A stretch of 45,132 nt of DNA from an uncultured bacterium (GTDB lineage Bacteria > Patescibacteriota > Minisyncoccia > Phycocordibacterales > UBA9973): positions 1-45,132 of the forward strand of contig CAILJY010000070.1 of NCBI GenBank assembly GCA_903834665.1, in the 5' to 3' direction. The position numbers and the translations under genes are program-made. The notes below the pieces were generated by a model, which did no database searches, was not told the DNA's origin, and saw only the letters and a list, made by a program, of their open reading frames with translations. Of this stretch, positions 9,124-19,229 are shown piece after piece; the stretch's first letter is position 1, and each line of letters starts with the position of its first letter.

Positions 9124-9567
9124 CTATTTTGCTTTTTCTAAAACTTCTTTTTCTTCATTTGATAATTCAAAATCAGATTTTCCGTTAATAATTGGCTTAG
9201 CAAATATACTCATTCGATCGCGAGCGTATAAACTAGACATTACAACTCCATTACCTTCATCATTCAAAAAAGCTATAGCAAAACTTTGATTGCCTCCTGC
9301 ATCTACAAAAGGGTTAAATCTTATTGTTTCAATACTTCGAATAGATTTGTTGAGCTTGGAGTCTACTTCTGCGAGGTGTTTATCAATTTTTAATTGTGTT
9401 TCATCTAATTTATTTATTTTTTCACCGACAATAACTATCATTTCTTCTAAGTTTCGAGCTTTTGTCCCCGCAAAGATTTTCTTTAATCGGTACTCGATCA
9501 TTAATATCCAAAATAAGACAATGATAACAACGGCTGAAATTATATAAAATAAAATAGTAGTATTCAT
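9124..9567 (-). CDS. DUF4446 family membrane-anchored protein
   Basis: N-terminal TM; RFNPF.D.GGNQSFAIA.L...GNGVV.SSLY.R....YAKP-like signature. Confidence 0.8.
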   Translation of the reverse strand: MNTTILFYIISAVVIIVLFWILMIEYRLKKIFAGTKARNLEEMIVIVGEKINKLDETQLKIDKHLAEVDSKLNKSIRSIETIRFNPFVDAGGNQSFAIAFLNDEGNGVVMSSLYARDRMSIFAKPIINGKSDFELSNEEKEVLEKAK

Positions 9568-9662
9568 AACTTAAAGGAGTATATACCAATAAGGGTTTTT
9601 TTACAATGCTGTTGTGTTTAAATTAATTTTTAAAATTAAACATAGGATGATATAGTAATAGT

Positions 9663-10967
9663 ATGTTATTAATAAAGAAAAATATATATTTGGATAATGC
9701 TGGAGCAACTAAAGTAGATAAAGATGTTCGAAAGATCATGGCTTTTTCGGAAAAGATGTTTTTTGCAAACCCGAGTGCTATTTATAAAGACGGAGTAGAA
9801 GTTCGAAATAAGATAGAGGAAGAAAGAACAAAAATAGCCAAACAGATAAATGCTCATAATGATGAGATTATTATAACTTCTAGCGGGACAGAAAGTGATG
9901 CCATGGCAATTTTGGGAACAATTAATAATTATGAATTAAGAATTAAGAATGAAAAGTTAGAATATAAAATTCCACACATTGTAACTTCTAAAATAGAACA
10001 CCCTGCAGTCATGGAAAATTGTCGCTATTTGGAAGATAATGGCAGGGCAGAAGTAACGTATGTTGGAGTTGATAAAAATGGCCTAATTAATTTAGAAGAA
10101 TTAAAAGACTCTTTAAAAGAGAATACAATTCTAGTTTCTATTATGTATGCCAATAATGAGATTGGAACGATTGAACCAATAGAAGAAATTGCAAAAATAA
10201 TACGACATTTTAAGAAAATAAAACAGGGAAAAGAAAATAATTTTTTTGGGTTCTCGGACGAGGGAGGAAGAGGGGCCAGACCCTTCAATAATCATTTTGT
10301 TTTCCCTATTTTTCATACTGATGCGTGTCAGGCTATGAATTATTTATTTACAGAAAATATAGAAAAATTAGGAGTTGATCTGTTGTCTTTTAATAGTTCA
10401 AAAATTTATGGACCAAAAGGAATAGGAATTCTTTATAAAAAACGTAATGTTGATATTTGCCCTTTATATATGGGAGGTGGGCAAGAATTTGGTTTGCATT
10501 CTGGGACAGAAAGTATTTCTCTAATAAAAGGTATATCTCTTGCTTTGGAGATAACAAATAAGATTAAAGAGAAAGAAAATAAAAGACTTACTAAAATTCG
10601 CGATTATGCAATTGATAAATTATTATCTTTATCAGGATTGTATGGATATAAGATAATTCTAAATGGTGGTAGAGAAAATAGATTATCAAACAATGTTAAT
10701 ATTTCAATATCAAATATTTCAAGTGAACTTTTAGTAATTGAATTATCAGCTCAAGGGATTTTTGTTTCAGAGAAAAGTGCTTGTAAAAGTAATGATGATG
10801 GTAAATCTTATGTCATAGATGCAATAAGAAAAGTATGTCCGAGAGATGGGGTTGTTGCAGATGGTTCTTTACGTATTTCATTTGGAAGAGACAATAAGAT
10901 GAGGGATGTGGACGTATTATACAAGGGATTAAGGAAAATTTTAGAGAAATATAAAAACTGGAAATAG
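9663..10967 (+). CDS. iscS: Cysteine desulfurase (IscS/NifS, class V aminotransferase) with internal insertions
   Basis: YLDNAGAT, SGTESD, IEHPAV, MYANNEIGTI, FHTDACQA, KIYGPKG, SAC. Confidence 0.85.
   Translation: MLLIKKNIYLDNAGATKVDKDVRKIMAFSEKMFFANPSAIYKDGVEVRNKIEEERTKIAKQINAHNDEIIITSSGTESDAMAILGTINNYELRIKNEKLEYKIPHIVTSKIEHPAVMENCRYLEDNGRAEVTYVGVDKNGLINLEELKDSLKENTILVSIMYANNEIGTIEPIEEIAKIIRHFKKIKQGKENNFFGFSDEGGRGARPFNNHFVFPIFHTDACQAMNYLFTENIEKLGVDLLSFNSSKIYGPKGIGILYKKRNVDICPLYMGGGQEFGLHSGTESISLIKGISLALEITNKIKEKENKRLTKIRDYAIDKLLSLSGLYGYKIILNGGRENRLSNNVNISISNISSELLVIELSAQGIFVSEKSACKSNDDGKSYVIDAIRKVCPRDGVVADGSLRISFGRDNKMRDVDVLYKGLRKILEKYKNWK
10220..10312. repeat. In-frame palindromic element, copy 1 (inside iscS)
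   Basis: Imperfect arms AGGGAAAAGAAAAT/ATTTTGTTTTCCCT around core GGTTCTCGGACGAGGGAGGAAGAGGGGCCAGACC (10249-10282). Confidence 0.8.
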
Positions 10968-10993
10968 AAAGTAAAAGATGGTATAATAAGTAT

Positions 10994-11560
10994 ATGGATA
11001 TTAAAGAATTAGATAAAAAACAACTTATATTACTTACTTTATTAATAACTTTTATTGTGTCTATAGCCACAGGGATTGTTACAGTTTCCTTAATGAATCA
11101 AATGCCCAAAAGTGTCCCACAGACAATAAATAATGTTATCCAGCGTACAATAGAAAAAGTTACGACCGTTGAAGTTCCAGTTTCAAATACAGAAAAGGTT
11201 AAAGATACTAGTCCAAATAATTCTATTTCTTTTTTAGGGAGCGATGATGCATTGGTTTCGATTTATAAAAAAGATAAAGAAATAGTTTCTGTCCCAGCTG
11301 ATTCTGTTGATCCAGAAGTAAAAGAAGAGATTGTTCAAGAAGAGATAAAACCAATTGGACAAGGAGTTATTATTTCAGATGTTGGATTAATTCTTATTGA
11401 TTCTAGTTTAATAACAGATTTAGATTTATATAAAGTTGTTTTAAACCAGAAAGATTTTGATTTGTCTATTTTAAAAAGATTTAATAATGGGTTTACTATT
11501 ATGAAAATCTCTTCCACGAAAGAAGAAAATTCTATTAAGAAAGAAAATAAAACACAATAA
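10994..11560 (+). CDS. Membrane-anchored hypothetical protein with a degenerate HtrA/trypsin-like segment
   Basis: N-terminal TM; GQGVIISDVGLILID resembles HtrA GSGFII..DG.ILTN but lacks the following catalytic His. Confidence 0.6.
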   Translation: MDIKELDKKQLILLTLLITFIVSIATGIVTVSLMNQMPKSVPQTINNVIQRTIEKVTTVEVPVSNTEKVKDTSPNNSISFLGSDDALVSIYKKDKEIVSVPADSVDPEVKEEIVQEEIKPIGQGVIISDVGLILIDSSLITDLDLYKVVLNQKDFDLSILKRFNNGFTIMKISSTKEENSIKKENKTQ

Positions 11561-11623
11561 GAAATATCTAACCGTATTTAATTTATGATTCGTAATTATT
11601 AATTTTTAATTAATTATTTATAT

Positions 11624-14317
11624 ATGCCACCATTTAATAATTTTACAACTAAAGCAAAAGAGGTAATACGTAAGGCTCATGAGCTTGCTATTGAACGTGG
11701 CCAAAACCATGTTAATTCTTTACATCTATTAACTTCTCTTTTAACCCAAGAAGATTCTTTGGTTATATCTATATTAGATAAAATGGAAGTTGATACATTA
11801 CTTCTAACAGATAATCTGATAGAAATGATTGAATCTCCTGAAAGTCGGAATACTCTTTCTCCCTCATATCAGATTTATTTAACTCCAGATCTTGCTCAAG
11901 TGATAGAAAATTCGAGCAAAGTGGCTACTTCTTTGAAAGATGAATTTGTTTCGACAGAGCATTTATTTGTTTCACTTTTAGAAATTCCTGGAGAGGTTCG
12001 AGAATTTTTAGGACGTTTCAAAATAAACAAAGATTTAGTTCTTGATGTTCTAAAATTACTTCGTAATGAAAATACTAATAATTCTAATATTTCAAAAAAA
12101 CCTAAACTGTTAACAAAATTTACTAGAAATTTAACTTCATTAGCCAAAGAAGACAAACTAGACCCTGTCATAGGAAGAGATAAAGAAATCATGCGTATGA
12201 TGCAGATACTTTCTCGTCGTACCAAAAATAATCCAATCTTAATAGGTGAAGCAGGTACTGGGAAGACTGCTGTTGCTGAAGCTCTTGCTATCCGTATTGC
12301 CAAAAACGATGTACCTGAAAGTTTGAAGGATAAAGAAGTTGTCTCCCTTGACCTTGGTTTATTATTATCAGGAACAAAATATAGAGGAGAATTTGAAGAA
12401 AGACTTCGTGGAATTATGAAAGAGATCGAAAGATCCAATGGTAAGATAATTCTTTTTATAGATGAGATTCATACAATAGTTGGAGCTGGATCTTCAGAAG
12501 GATCACTGGATGCTTCAAATATGTTAAAACCTGCTCTTGCTCGTGGGGAACTTCGTGCGATAGGAGCTACAACCTTAAAAGAATATCAAAAACATATTGA
12601 GAAGGATCCTGCTCTTGCTCGACGTTTTCAGCCTGTATTTATTGATGAACCAAATATTGATGATGCGATTGCCATTCTTCGTGGTTTAAAAGAAAAATAT
12701 GAACTTTTCCATGGTGTACGTATCACTGATGAAGCAATAATAAGTGCTGTTAATTTGAGTTCTCGATATATTACAAATAGATATTTACCAGATAAAGCTG
12801 TTGACCTTATTGATGAAGCTTCGTCTTCTTTACGTTTAGCTCTCGAAAATAAGCCTCAAGTGTTAGAAGATGCTGATAGAAAAATCATGCGTTTTGAAAT
12901 AGAAAAAGAAGCTTTGATGAAAGATATAACAAGAGAAAAACAATCTCAAAATAAAGAAGCAAGATTAAGAATGAAAGATATTGAAAAAGAAATTGCTAAT
13001 CTTAAAGAAAAAACTCATGAGCTTGAATTAAAATGGAAAAATGAAAAAGAAACCGTATTAGAAATTCGTAATATAAAAAAAGAGTTGGAATCACTTAGAA
13101 TTGAGGCAGAAAATGCCGAGATGAAAGCCGATCTAACTAGAGCTGCGGAAATAAGATATGGAGATATTCCTGATTTACAAAATAAATTATCAACAAAACT
13201 TTCTCGCCTTAAGAAACTTCAAAGATCTCGTCGTATTTTAAAAGAAGAAATAAATGCAGAAGATATTGCGTCAGTGGTAGCACGTTGGACTGGTATTCCG
13301 CTTGAAAAAATGCTTGAAGAAGAATTGAATAAATTAGCTAAATTAGAAGATAATTTACGCTTACGTGTTGTGGGGCAAGATTTAGCGATAAAAAAGATTT
13401 CAGATGTTGTCCGTCGTAATCGTGCGGGTATTTCTGATCCCAATAAACCAATTGGTTCTTTTATTTTTCTTGGGCCAACAGGAGTGGGGAAAACAGAGCT
13501 TACTAAAGCTTTAGCTTCTTTTATGTTTAATGATGATAAGGCTCTGATTCGAGTTGACATGAGTGAATACATGGAACGTCATAGTGTTTCTAAATTAATT
13601 GGTTCACCTCCTGGATATGTCGGTTATGATGAATCTGGTAATCTAACAGAAGCTGTCAGGCACCGTCCTTATTCAGTAATTTTGTTTGATGAAATAGAAA
13701 AAGCTCATCCAGAAGTTTTTAATATTTTACTTCAAGTATTAGATGAGGGGCGTCTTACTGATGCAAAAGGTAGAGTTGTAAATTTTAAAAATTCAATAAT
13801 TATTTTGACGTCAAATATAGGAACTCAGTTTATAGAGAAGATGGAATCACTTGGTTTCACCAACAATTCTAAAATAGATGAATATAATCAGACCAAAGAA
13901 AAAGTTATGAGTTCTCTCAAAGATCATTTTAGACCAGAATTTTTGAATCGATTAGATGATATTATTGTTTTTGATATTTTACCACCTGAAGTTATAAGAA
14001 AAATTGTTGATATTAAAATAGAAATTATCCGTGAACGTTTGTTATTGAAGGGAATTTCTTTAGATATTTCAGAAGACGCATTAACTTATCTTGGAAAAGA
14101 AGGTTACAATCCACATTATGGAGCACGCCCACTGGGACGTTTAATTCAAGATAAAATATTAAATCCTGTTGCGATGTTTATTATTTCTAAAGGAATAAAA
14201 AAAGGAGATACTGTTTATGTCACTATGAAGGATAATGAAATGTTGATAGAAATGAAAAAAGTTAAAATTAAATCAAACATGAGAATTTTAAAAACACCTA
14301 TTAAAAATATTAAATAA
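11624..14317 (+). CDS. clpB: ATP-dependent chaperone ClpB
   Basis: Two AAA modules ([16 protein letters not shown]), long coiled-coil middle domain with [18 protein letters not shown]. Confidence 0.93.
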   Translation: MPPFNNFTTKAKEVIRKAHELAIERGQNHVNSLHLLTSLLTQEDSLVISILDKMEVDTLLLTDNLIEMIESPESRNTLSPSYQIYLTPDLAQVIENSSKVATSLKDEFVSTEHLFVSLLEIPGEVREFLGRFKINKDLVLDVLKLLRNENTNNSNISKKPKLLTKFTRNLTSLAKEDKLDPVIGRDKEIMRMMQILSRRTKNNPILIGEAGTGKTAVAEALAIRIAKNDVPESLKDKEVVSLDLGLLLSGTKYRGEFEERLRGIMKEIERSNGKIILFIDEIHTIVGAGSSEGSLDASNMLKPALARGELRAIGATTLKEYQKHIEKDPALARRFQPVFIDEPNIDDAIAILRGLKEKYELFHGVRITDEAIISAVNLSSRYITNRYLPDKAVDLIDEASSSLRLALENKPQVLEDADRKIMRFEIEKEALMKDITREKQSQNKEARLRMKDIEKEIANLKEKTHELELKWKNEKETVLEIRNIKKELESLRIEAENAEMKADLTRAAEIRYGDIPDLQNKLSTKLSRLKKLQRSRRILKEEINAEDIASVVARWTGIPLEKMLEEELNKLAKLEDNLRLRVVGQDLAIKKISDVVRRNRAGISDPNKPIGSFIFLGPTGVGKTELTKALASFMFNDDKALIRVDMSEYMERHSVSKLIGSPPGYVGYDESGNLTEAVRHRPYSVILFDEIEKAHPEVFNILLQVLDEGRLTDAKGRVVNFKNSIIILTSNIGTQFIEKMESLGFTNNSKIDEYNQTKEKVMSSLKDHFRPEFLNRLDDIIVFDILPPEVIRKIVDIKIEIIRERLLLKGISLDISEDALTYLGKEGYNPHYGARPLGRLIQDKILNPVAMFIISKGIKKGDTVYVTMKDNEMLIEMKKVKIKSNMRILKTPIKNIK

Positions 14318-14393
14318 TCTTGACTTTTTAACCTTATAAATGTAAAGTAAGGGAAATTTTTCTATTGTTCCACAAATCTTAATATTAAAAAAA

Positions 14394-16838
14394 ATGAAAA
14401 AATTAAGTATTTTTTCCGCTATGTTTTTATTGGCGCAGTCTGTATTTGCTTCAGAAGCAAATCTTCGAATCCCCGATCTGCATGCTGCAACTTTTCCTCA
14501 TTTTGGAGGAATAGATGGCTGGCATTTATTACTGTTCGGCTCATTGGTAATTATCGGTACACTTGGTATTAGCTTGTATTTGTTCAAACAAATTAAAGCT
14601 TTGCCCGCCCACAAATCCATGCTTGATGTTGCCAGTACGATTTATAAAACATGTCGTACTTATTTATTGCAACAGGGTAAGTTTTTGGCTATTCTTTTCG
14701 GAATTATTTCCGTGGCAATTATTTATTACTTATCAATGGCAAATGCTGAAGCAACCGGTCCGGATTCTTTATCTACACCGGTAGTTGTAGTTTTAGTTTT
14801 ATTGTTTTCAATTGTTGGTATGGGAGGTTCTTATGCTGTTGCATGGTATGGTATTCGTATTAATACCTATGCAAATGCAAGAACTGCTTTTGCCTCTTTG
14901 AAAAAACGCCCCTGGGATGTGGTAAATATACCATTACGTTCTGGTATTTCTGTGGGATTATTTTTAATTTCATTGGAATTGGTAATGATGATTATCATTT
15001 TACTATTTGTTCCTCGTAACATTGTCGGCTATTGTTTTTTAGGTTTTGCGATTGGTGAATCACTTGGTGCTTCTGTACTTCGTATCGCCGGTGGTATTTT
15101 TACAAAAATTGCAGACATTGGTTCCGACTTGATGAAAATCGTTTTCAAAGTAAAAGAAGATGATCCACGTAACCCCGGAGTTATTGCTGATTGTACAGGT
15201 GACAATGCTGGCGACAGTGTTGGTCCTACTGCTGATGCTTTTGAAACTTATGGGGTAACAGGTGTTGCCCTTATTTCATTTATTTCCTTAGCTGTGACAG
15301 AAATTGACCTGCAGGCGAAATTAATTGTATGGATTTTTGGTATGCGTTTCTTAATGGATATCTTTTCTGGTATCTCTTATTTTGTAAACAATGCAATTTC
15401 GGAAAAAAAATACGGCAAATCATTGGATTTTGATTTTGAAAAACCATTGACCCGTTTAATTTGGATTGCTGCAATATCTTGTATCGCAATTAGTTTTGGA
15501 ATGAGTTATGTACTTATTGGCGATATCACTGTTGGAGGTATCCTCGTCAGTGGTTTATGGTGGAAATTAGCTGGTATTATAAGTTTGGGTACTTTGGCCG
15601 CGGTTCTTATCCCAGAATTCACTAAGAAATTTACGAGCTCAAAATCTGATCACGTACATGAAATCGTTACAGCTTCGCGTGAGGGGGGCCCATCTCTAAC
15701 AATACTTTCTGGTATTGTTGCAGGTAATTTTGCTGCTTATTGGATGGGACTTCTTATGGTTGCTTTGATGGCTGGTGGTTTCTTTATTAGCCAAAATCTA
15801 GGATTGAGTGAAGCTGCTATGGGTTACCAAAGTATCTTTGCATTTGGCTTGGTTGCTTTTGGTTTCCTATGTATGGGTCCTGTTACTATTGCAGTTGATA
15901 ATTATGGGCCTATTACTGATAATGCTCAATCTGTTTTTGAATTATCACAAATTGAACAAATTCCAGGCATTAGTAAAGAGATTGAAAAAGATTTTGGTTT
16001 CACTCCTGATTTTGAGAGAGGGAAACATTATCTGGAAGCAAATGACTCAGCTGGGAATACATTTAAAGCTACTGCAAAACCTGTACTGATTGGCACTGCT
16101 GTCGCTGGTGCAACTACTATGATTTTCTCTATCATTCTTTTATTAAAAAGTGTTGGTATGTTAAGTCTTGAGTTGACACAAGCTCCTATATTGTTAGGTC
16201 TTATCACCGGTGGTGCAATGATTTTCTGGTTCTCTGGTGCATCTATTCAAGCTGTAACAACAGGGGCTTATCGTGCTGTTGAGTATATAAAGAAACATAT
16301 GAAATTGGATAAAACACAGGCTGATGAAAAAGATTCTATTGAAGTAGTAAAAATATGTACACAATATGCCCAAAATGGTATGTGGAATATTTTTATCACA
16401 CTTATGACAGCGACGCTTGCTTTTGCATTATTTGATCCAAATTTCTTTGTAGCTTATCTAATCTCCATTGCAATTTTTGGTTTATTTCAGGCTCTTTATA
16501 TGGCAAATGCCGGTGGTGCTTGGGATAATGCTAAAAAATTAGTGGAAGTCGATTTGAAAGAAAAAAATACTCCGCTTCATGATGCATCCGTGATCGGTGA
16601 TACAGTAGGTGATCCATTTAAGGACACAACTTCAGTTGCCCTAAATCCAATCATAAAGTTTTCTACTTTGTTTGGTTTACTGGCAGTAGAAATTGCAGTC
16701 AATATGTCGAATGTTGGGATCGATGGTATTAAACACTATACTCCAGCACACTTTATTATTGGAGGTATGTTGTTGATTATCTCGATGTATTTTGCTTGGC
16801 GTTCGTTTTATAAAATGCGGATTCCATTGGAAAAGTAA
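14394..16838 (+). CDS. hppA: Membrane-integral (H+/Na+-translocating) pyrophosphatase, divergent K+-independent type
   Basis: GGIFTKIADIGSDL, EDDPRNPGVIADCTGDNAGD, GNTFKA, GGAWDNAKK, GDTVGDPFKDT. Confidence 0.95.
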   Translation: MKKLSIFSAMFLLAQSVFASEANLRIPDLHAATFPHFGGIDGWHLLLFGSLVIIGTLGISLYLFKQIKALPAHKSMLDVASTIYKTCRTYLLQQGKFLAILFGIISVAIIYYLSMANAEATGPDSLSTPVVVVLVLLFSIVGMGGSYAVAWYGIRINTYANARTAFASLKKRPWDVVNIPLRSGISVGLFLISLELVMMIIILLFVPRNIVGYCFLGFAIGESLGASVLRIAGGIFTKIADIGSDLMKIVFKVKEDDPRNPGVIADCTGDNAGDSVGPTADAFETYGVTGVALISFISLAVTEIDLQAKLIVWIFGMRFLMDIFSGISYFVNNAISEKKYGKSLDFDFEKPLTRLIWIAAISCIAISFGMSYVLIGDITVGGILVSGLWWKLAGIISLGTLAAVLIPEFTKKFTSSKSDHVHEIVTASREGGPSLTILSGIVAGNFAAYWMGLLMVALMAGGFFISQNLGLSEAAMGYQSIFAFGLVAFGFLCMGPVTIAVDNYGPITDNAQSVFELSQIEQIPGISKEIEKDFGFTPDFERGKHYLEANDSAGNTFKATAKPVLIGTAVAGATTMIFSIILLLKSVGMLSLELTQAPILLGLITGGAMIFWFSGASIQAVTTGAYRAVEYIKKHMKLDKTQADEKDSIEVVKICTQYAQNGMWNIFITLMTATLAFALFDPNFFVAYLISIAIFGLFQALYMANAGGAWDNAKKLVEVDLKEKNTPLHDASVIGDTVGDPFKDTTSVALNPIIKFSTLFGLLAVEIAVNMSNVGIDGIKHYTPAHFIIGGMLLIISMYFAWRSFYKMRIPLEK

Positions 16839-16858
16839 ATTCATTTTTTTTATTTAAC

Positions 16859-16894
16859 AAAATTCCCTTAAGCATGCTTAGGGGATTTTTTTTT
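16859..16894 (+). terminator. Rho-independent terminator after hppA
   Basis: AATTCCCTTAAGC-AT-GCTTAGGGGATT followed by a T-run. Confidence 0.75.
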
Positions 16895-16989
16895 AATTAT
16901 AAATTTTTTATTGATTTATATATGAACTTGTATTTTTTATAAAGTGGTATAAAATTAAAACAAATAGTTAATAATTCTAAAGATAAAAT

Positions 16990-17505
16990 ATGAAAAATGA
17001 AGAAAAAATATTATTTAACGCGACAGTCTGTCTTCCTGTTAGGGGAGATGAGGTTCTTCTTGCTATGAAGACTAGAAAGATTGGAGCTATGTGTTGGAAT
17101 GGATATGGTGGAGGGATAGAAGAAGGGGAGAATGCTATAACAGGAGTAATTAGAGAATTACAAGAAGAATCAGGATTGATAGCTACTCCAGATGATTTAG
17201 AAAAAATGGCAATTGTTGATTTTTATAATGAAAAAAGTGATGGAAGTACATACATTTGTCGAGTCCATTTCTTTTTATTAAAAAATTGGGAAGGTGAATT
17301 AATTGAGACAGAAGAAATGATTACTCCAACATTTTTTAAAATTAATGATTTGCCTTTTGATAAAATGATGCCAGCTGATCGAGAATATTTCCCATATATT
17401 TTAAATAAAAAGAAAGTCTATGTAAAATCTTATTATTCTCCTTTTCAAAAAGAATTAAAAAGAAAAGTTGAAATAAAAGAAGTCGAAGAACTTTCTGAAA
17501 ATTAA
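16990..17505 (+). CDS. NUDIX hydrolase (8-oxo-dGTP diphosphatase/MTH1-like)
   Basis: WNGYGGGIEEGE......RELQEESG Nudix box; ETEEM.P; LPFDKMMPAD. Confidence 0.88.
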   Translation: MKNEEKILFNATVCLPVRGDEVLLAMKTRKIGAMCWNGYGGGIEEGENAITGVIRELQEESGLIATPDDLEKMAIVDFYNEKSDGSTYICRVHFFLLKNWEGELIETEEMITPTFFKINDLPFDKMMPADREYFPYILNKKKVYVKSYYSPFQKELKRKVEIKEVEELSEN

Positions 17506-17660
17506 AATTTTAATATACACAGGACCGTCCTGTGTAGTATTTTTCTAAATCACCTCAAATAGGAATGAATGATTATTTGAGGTCTATTTGAAATTATAAT
17601 TTTACATCTACGCTATAGCTGAGATGTAATTATTAATAATAAAACAAAAGGACGAACTGA

Positions 17661-18002
17661 GTTTTCGAATTCTACACGCGAGACAAGCAGTTTATTTCGT
17701 TGGGTAGGAATTTCGATCCTTACAGGATCAGTACACCTTTTCCATTCGCGAGTACGCTCATATGGAAAAGGTTTTCGAATCCTACACGAAAGCCAATAAA
17801 TTGGCTTTCTCTCGGCGAGACAAGTAGTTTATTTCGTCGGGTAGGAATTTCGATCCTTACAGGATCAGTACACCTTTTCCGTTCGTGATTACACTCACAT
17901 GGAAAAGGTCTTCGAATCCTACACGAAAGCCAATAAATTGGTTTTCTCTCGGCGAGACATATATAAAAATAACACAGCTGAAGCTGTGTTATTTTTATAT
18001 TG
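17661..18002 (-). repeat. tRNA-3'-associated structured element (tRNA-Tyr copy), tandem 137-bp units
   Basis: GCGAGACA recurs at 17678, 17815 and 17952 (period 137). Each unit holds direct and inverted degenerate copies of the Tyr T-arm/acceptor. 19-bp inverted repeat at 17961-18000. Confidence 0.9.
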
Positions 18003-18085
18003 TGCGCCGGGTAGGATTCGAACCTACGTAGGCCGAAGCCGTTTGATTTACAGTCAAATGCAATTGACCACTCTGCCACCGACGC
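18003..18085 (-). tRNA. tRNA-Tyr(GTA)
   Basis: Reverse complement GCGTCGGTGGCAGAGTGGTCAATTGCA-TTTGA CTGTAAA TCAAA-CGGCTTCGGCC...GGTTCGAATCC TACCCGGCGCA. Confidence 0.95.
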
Positions 18086-18160
18086 ATATTCTAACAGGAT
18101 TAATTATACACATTTATTAATATTTTTCAACTTACTTTAAATATGCTAAAATACAAATAT

Positions 18161-19195
18161 ATGTCTCAACTTTATAGTAATTCGATTTTTTGGATAGATA
18201 TAGAAAAAATTAAGCCAAATCCATTTCAGCCTCGTCGTGAGTTTGATGAAGCTCGTTTGAAAGATTTAGCAGATTCAATACGCCAATATGGTGTCCTTCA
18301 GCCTCTCGTAGTATCTCGTGAAGAAATACAAAAAGAAGATGGAGTTTTAGTTGAATATGAATTAATCGCAGGGGAACGTAGGCTTCGTGCTTCTAAACTT
18401 GCCGGGATTGACCAGGTTCCAGTAATCATAAGATCAGGAGATGATAATATGGCTAAACTTGAATTAGCTATTATTGAAAATCTTCAACGTGAAGATCTCA
18501 ATGCTGTTGAGCGCGCAAGAGCTTTTATGAGATTAGTAGAAGAATTTAAATTTACTCATGGACAAGTTGGAGCAAAAGTTGGTAAAAGTCGTGAATATGT
18601 TTCAAATACTTTAAGACTTTTGGCATTACCACAAGAGATGCTCGACGCTTTATCCGCAGGGAAAATAAGTGAAGGGCATACAAGACCTATCTTAATGCTA
18701 ACAGATAGACCAGAAGAACAGTTAGTTTTATTTAAAGAAATAGTTTTTAAAAAAATGACAGTACGTGATGCAGAGAAAGCTGCTCGTAAAATTGCTTTTG
18801 ATCGTGTTCGTAAAAAAGAATATTTGATGGATCCAGAGATTGCTGAAATGGAAGAACGTTTACAAGAATCTCTTGGTACTCGTGTTCATATTGAAAAGAA
18901 AGAAAATGGAGGATACATAACCATTGATTTCTTTACTAATGATGATTTACATACAATTCTTGGACTTATTAAATCAAGTGAAGAAAAAAACCCAAATGGT
19001 ATGCTCGATAAATTTATCGCAAGTCAACCTAAAGAAGATACTACTCTAATAGTAGAGACAGGTGATGAGAATCCATTAAATGGCATAGAAGGGAAAGATG
19101 ATGATGTTATTTTAATGGAGGATAGAACAAAAGAAGAAATCAAAAAAGCCGAAGAAGAAGTTGATTTATATAATATTAAAAATTTTTCAATTTAA
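18161..19195 (+). CDS. parB: ParB/Spo0J family partition protein with acidic C-terminal tail
   Basis: PNPFQPRREF, YELIAGERRLRA, IENLQREDL, HTH. Start taken at the second ATG (18161) because of the upstream -10 box; the ORF track gives 18143. Confidence 0.92.
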   Translation: MSQLYSNSIFWIDIEKIKPNPFQPRREFDEARLKDLADSIRQYGVLQPLVVSREEIQKEDGVLVEYELIAGERRLRASKLAGIDQVPVIIRSGDDNMAKLELAIIENLQREDLNAVERARAFMRLVEEFKFTHGQVGAKVGKSREYVSNTLRLLALPQEMLDALSAGKISEGHTRPILMLTDRPEEQLVLFKEIVFKKMTVRDAEKAARKIAFDRVRKKEYLMDPEIAEMEERLQESLGTRVHIEKKENGGYITIDFFTNDDLHTILGLIKSSEEKNPNGMLDKFIASQPKEDTTLIVETGDENPLNGIEGKDDDVILMEDRTKEEIKKAEEEVDLYNIKNFSI

Positions 19196-19229
19196 AATTA
19201 AAACCCGCATAATTGTGGGTTTTAATTTT
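19194..19229. terminator. Bidirectional terminator between parB and relA
   Basis: AAAATTAAAACCCGCA...TGTGGGTTTTAATTTT between convergent genes. Confidence 0.7.

Noticed and set aside
17661..17960. CRISPR array
   Set aside because: Units are 137 bp, the between-repeat parts are homologous to each other, the sequence is tRNA-derived and no cas genes are in the window.
17700..18120. ORFs 17700..17888, 17720..18079 and 17899..18120
   Set aside because: They overlap tRNA-Tyr and its repeats and have no protein-like motifs.
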